Part shown: piece after piece, positions 58,016-64,000 of the stretch
Numbering within the stretch: the first letter of the stretch is position 1
Layout of the letters: each line of letters begins with the position of its first letter
Source: Eledone cirrhosa
Lineage: Eukaryota
Reading direction: 5' to 3'
NCBI GenBank assembly: GCA_964016885.1
Contig: OZ024749.1
Span: 25,606,001-25,670,000, forward strand
Length of the DNA: 64,000 nt
Notes under the pieces: generated by a model
What the model was told of the DNA's origin: nothing
Seen by the model: the letters and a program-made list of their open reading frames with translations, nothing else
Databases searched by the model: none
Made by a program: the position numbers and the translations under genes

Positions 58016-58926
58016 AGTCGGAAGATATAACTCTAATAGGAGTAACATATCCAATTTACTCAACTATTATTTATAGTTCACAAATATTATGTTATGTGGT
58101 GACTACATTTTCAAATTTTTAATTTCTCTGTTTCGTAATTTAAACGATCGTGTTTACATTCCTAGCTAAGCGATTAAAACCAGTAACAGACCTGTCAACA
58201 CTCCCCGTCGGACAGGAAGATATCACACACACTTTGGGGTGGGTAAGATATGTTTTCTCTTATGAAAATGTGCATAGCTTTCATTTTGAAAATATCCCCC
58301 ATTTTGCCTCCTTTCTACCCGTTTAGGGGTCCTTTTGTCATGGTAATTCCCGTTCGGGCTTTTAAAAGTTGGCACGTCTGCAGTAATTAGCGGAAAGGTT
58401 TTCTTTAGTACGACGAACATACTCGACCAATTTAGGGGAGATAGAGATTTCGATTCCACTCATGCGTCTTTCTCCATTATATTTGTAGTTATCTGCATTG
58501 TGGTAGATATAATTTTCAAATTTCTATGCTTCATAATTTAATAAAATATATAAAAACTATTGCGAAACAGAAAATGAAATAGAAATTATGTATTTGTAAT
58601 GGAATTCGAAAAAAATTTTAAGTAATAACATATTCGTGAGATAGCATTATGGGAAGTGAAAAAATAGCGATGAGATATTAGTTTTCTGGCCAAGTGGAAT
58701 TATGAAAAGGCGGCTTCCTCAGAGCAGACATATCATCCTGAAAACTATCAAACCTGACGTTTTGATTCTACTCTCTATTGTCAATAAATGTACATGCACT
58801 GATGAGTACCTGTAGACCGTAAAAACACATATTTGCACACAATTGGTGAGAGTGGTTTAAAAGAGATAGTGAATATAATGCATATATATATTTTATATAT
58901 ATATATACATATGGATATATGGATAT

Positions 58927-59023
<97 letters not shown>

Positions 59024-59052
59024 TATATGTATACATATGTATATATGTATAT

Positions 59053-59143
<91 letters not shown>

Positions 59144-59333
59144 TGTGTCTGTGTGTGTCTGTGTGTGGCTCTGTATTCCCGTGTGTGTGTCTGTATGTTT
59201 GTATTTGCAAAATATTTCTCTGAATTTAATTGTACTATATAAATGTAAACACATACACACATATTTGTATATGTATAATATTCATTATAAGCACTTACTA
59301 CTTTAAAGAGAAATGTTGTGTGTACACACACAC

Positions 59334-59386
<53 letters not shown>

Positions 59387-59447
59387 CTCATACGGCCAAC
59401 CGCATACAGACGCTTTAAGCATCCAACACCAATTATTTATATATATG

Positions 59448-59484
<37 letters not shown>

Positions 59485-59539
59485 GTGTGTGTGCTCATAC
59501 GGCCAACCGCATACCCACTCTTTAAGCATCCAACACAAA

Positions 59540-59578
<39 letters not shown>

Positions 59579-59987
59579 AAATAAATATATATACCGAATA
59601 AATTAAATTGACTGATATAAAAGATACAGAAGCGAAAACCATCCAAACAGTGAGTGTGTTCTGTTATTAATTCTGGCAATTATATTACACAACTATGAGC
59701 CTCCCCAAGTATAACTATATATATATATGATTGTATGTATAGTATATTTGGCAATATACCGTATGCTTAATTAAAAACATTTTGAAGAATATGCGCTATC
59801 AGTTTTAAGTATGTCACTTACTTCTTGTCTTCCCTTCTTTCGACGAAGAAAAGAAGTAAGTGACATGGTCACTACTATAAAACTGATAGCTTACGGTCTT
59901 TAAAATGTTTTTAATGAAGCGTACGCTATGTTGCCAAATATACTATACATACATTCATGTTTACATCGCTCTTTCAGAGCACCAATC

Positions 59988-60053
<66 letters not shown>

Positions 60054-60788
60054 TATGTATGTGCGTGTGTATGTGTGTTTGTGTCTATGTGTGTTTGTGT
60101 GTATGTTTGTATGCGTACATGCCTGTGTGAGTGTGTTTACGAGAGGTACCTATGCAGTCCCAAAAGAGGCGATTGTCTACGAGCTCGCCCCCAATATACG
60201 GAAATAGTAGAGGGATCTCCCCATCTTTTATCAATTATAAAAATACACAGAATGTTAGTGACAAATGTAGTTCTAACATAAATAGAGTTTACTCATTCCG
60301 ATACTGGAGATACTTTCTAGAAATGAAAATGAAACATTTTGGACAGTCGTCCCTGTTCACTTGATGCGAAAAAAAAAACGCCACAAAACATGTTATCCGA
60401 CGCTCTACCGATTCCGACAATCTACGACAAATTGAGCCCGGTAAATAATGGTTTCTGAATTAGGACAAGGGCAACAATTTGGTGTTTGGGTAAATTCAAT
60501 TAAATTGACACCAGACCGGTAAATAATACAAGAGCAACTTGGTTAGCTCATTTAGCTGCCAACACGTCTGCAAATAAATATTACTACTTAAAATACATTT
60601 TAGAAATGTTAAAATAAATACTTCAACGTAAAATTAAAATTTGTTTGCTACTTATAAAAGATGAAATTTGAAGAAAAAAAAGATACAATAAATACAAGAT
60701 GTCTGAGATATAGTTTTTATTTTATTTGATTTAACTTAAAGTTTGGAGAATGTAAACGTAATATATTAAAGAAACATCATTAATGATG

Positions 60789-60838
<50 letters not shown>

Positions 60839-60995
60839 GCATATATAAATATATATATATTCATATATACACACATGTGTACATACTAACGTATAAGTAT
60901 ATGTATATATATATATATATATAAATATATATACTATGTACATACACACAAATTTATAATATATATATATACAGGCACACACATATATATATATA

Positions 60996-61066
<71 letters not shown>

Positions 61067-61778
61067 GTGTGTGTGTGTGTGTGTGCTTGTGTGTGTATTT
61101 AAGGTTGTATATGTAAATATGTATGTATATATGTAAGTATGTATGTATATATGTATGAATATAGGTATATATGTATGTATCTATGTGTATAATTATGTAT
61201 GTATATATGTATGTATATAAATATATATGCATCTATATACGTATATAAATACATATATAAATATCTATGTGTGCATATATGTATCTGTATAAATATGTAT
61301 GTATATATATATGTATATACGTATATATGCATCTATGTACATATATACATACATACATATATATGTATCTATGTGTGTATATATGTATGTGTATAATTAT
61401 GTATGTATATATCTATGTATATACGTATATATGCATCTATGTACATATATACATACATACATATATATGTATATATGTGTGTATATATGTATCTGTATAA
61501 ATATGTATGTACATATGTATGTATATAAGTATATATACATCTATGTACATATATACATACATACATATATAAGTATCTATGTGTGTATATGTGTATTCTG
61601 TTGGGTGGTTGTCACTATTCTATATAAATTGGTGAGCATTTGCAGACAGTCTAGATATTGTTCAATCATGATCTAACGACACCAATTATTATTTTTATAT
61701 ACACCCGGTCGATTTAATAGTCTGAACAGTCTAATGGGCTTCAGGTCATTAAATAGTCTACCCATCTAAAGAATGTTA

Positions 61779-61851
<73 letters not shown>

Positions 61852-62093
61852 TTTTTTACTTGTTTCTTTATTATTTATTTGTATAAACATACCGAAAACT
61901 CCTGATACATTCGTTTTTTCCCGTTCTTTGACAGTGAACGTTTCCACGAACCAAAATATCGTCTTCCTGTCTTCCTCCGGTTGCAACGTTTTTTGAAATA
62001 TTCACTTCTGCGTTCACAGATTGACTTTGTTAGTTTCAGAAGATCCCGTTAAGGGTGAAGGCAGCGATTCTTTGCTTAAACTTTAATCTGTTA

Positions 62094-62131
<38 letters not shown>

Positions 62132-62485
62132 TAACAGATTAAAGTTTATCCTTATCGAGCCCCCTTTGGATTTTAGTTTTCAAATTTATTATCATATAAA
62201 TGAAGTAATTTCGTCGGAAAGTTCCAGGAAAAGAGAGTGATCTATATAGGTTATAGAGCTTATTAATTATTTGTTTAAATAAGCGACATGTGCATAAAAC
62301 CTGGTTTTGAACCTGTCCTGGGTCATGCCAACATATCTTTCCCTCCTGGCTGGCTGGCTGGCTGGTTGTTAATCAAAGGTGTCAATATTGGCCTCATATA
62401 CAACGGATTGGGTATTACATTTGCCCTGTAATGGTCATTGCGGCTTCCTGCAACTGCATCCTAGATTTATTCTCGTAAATAATAA

Positions 62486-62543
<58 letters not shown>

Positions 62544-62686
62544 ATATGATCTATATATGTGTATATAAATATATATATATATACATAGATATACATTTAT
62601 ATATAATTAAACGGATCGATTGACTTTCGCCATATCGGACCGAGGAAACAATGTTTACGTCAGTCTTTCCAGTTGTTAATACTATC

Positions 62687-62886
<200 letters not shown>

Positions 62887-63010
62887 CACACACATACACA
62901 TACACATACATACATACATATACACAAACACATACATACATATACCTACATAAATATACACACATAAAACACATATACACACAAACATATATATATATAC
63001 ACATATATAT

Positions 63011-63131
<121 letters not shown>

Positions 63132-63391
63132 TATACACATACATATACATATATATACACACACACACATACACATATACACATATACAAACAAATATAT
63201 ACACAAACAAGTAAATAGGTACTCAAAAAATATACGCATATACACAGGCACATAAAGACACCTCTACAGGCAGAAAATGTAGATACGAAAGAGGTACTCA
63301 CATGACCATAGTGGCCGTATTTCAGGTTGAGGAGGGGTGGGGGTAGGGTGGGGAGGAGGTAAAGAGGCCAATAGGGGGAGGTCGTTTTTAG

Positions 63392-64000
63392 CCATCGGGC
63401 TTTAACACTGGCTTAAATATTTATGTCTCCTCCGATAAAACCAAAAACGTTTATGAGGTAGACCCACAGACCTACAATAAGCTGGCAAAAAATACCATCA
63501 CGACCACCTACAAAAAGGTAATAGAGAGGGCGCTGACTGAGACAAACGCGGCCGGAAAAGAAATCGCCAAGTCCCTTAAATTACATGACCGAACCGAACC
63601 TTTAAGGGTAAAGACCCCGCACTTTACCCTGAAGGACCATAAGGGAAATTTCCTCAACAAACCATCAGTCAGACTTATCAACCCCACTCGTTCTGACATC
63701 GGCTCTATCAGTAAGAAGATCCTGGATAGAGTTCTACCATTATTGCGGGCAGCCTCACCACTTCCACTCTGGAGTAGAACATCTGAGGCAATATCATGGT
63801 TCCAAGAATTACCTGATAAACACCACACTCGCTTCCTGCAACTCGACATAGAAAACTACTTTGCCTCTATCTCGGAGCCCCTCCTGAAGGACGCAATTAA
63901 CTTTGCCAGGAATTTTACCACCATTACCGATGCCGAGCAAGTTATTATCCTCCACGCTCGTAAGACCTTTCTATACCACGATGGATCTTACTGGATCAAC
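63392..64000 (+). CDS. Penelope-like element reverse transcriptase, partial, open to the window end
   Basis: Stop-free frame after TAG at 63389, translated manually: ..[74 protein letters not shown]. It shows the PLE DKG/DKT motif, RT1-2 (K..RLI) and RT3 (DIxxxF). There is no ATG, so it is absent from the ORF track. Confidence 0.85.

Overview
Eukaryotic, AT-rich, microsatellite-saturated DNA made almost entirely of retroelements and repeats. The repeat content suggests a coleoid cephalopod such as Octopus (inference). No host gene can be supported. Elements at (AAT/ATT)n tracts: two families of R4/Dong-like RLE non-LTR retrotransposons (two near-full-length disrupted copies plus truncated copies), an L1/Tx1-clade element and many tRNA-derived SINEs. 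The main hidden signal is at (TA)n tracts, which carry about 10 families of short non-coding inserts with type I hammerhead ribozyme (HHR) motifs (stem I-CUGANGA-stem II-GAAA-stem III-UH-stem I). Most are head-to-head inverted repeats. One is a 310-bp tandem array folded into a 1.7-kb inverted repeat, and one is a 559-bp-period direct repeat resembling a retrozyme. A Penelope-like reverse transcriptase reading frame, missed by the ORF track, runs off the right end and is a candidate for the class of autonomous partner. All ribozyme calls come from manual motif and base-pair reading; no folding or database search was run.
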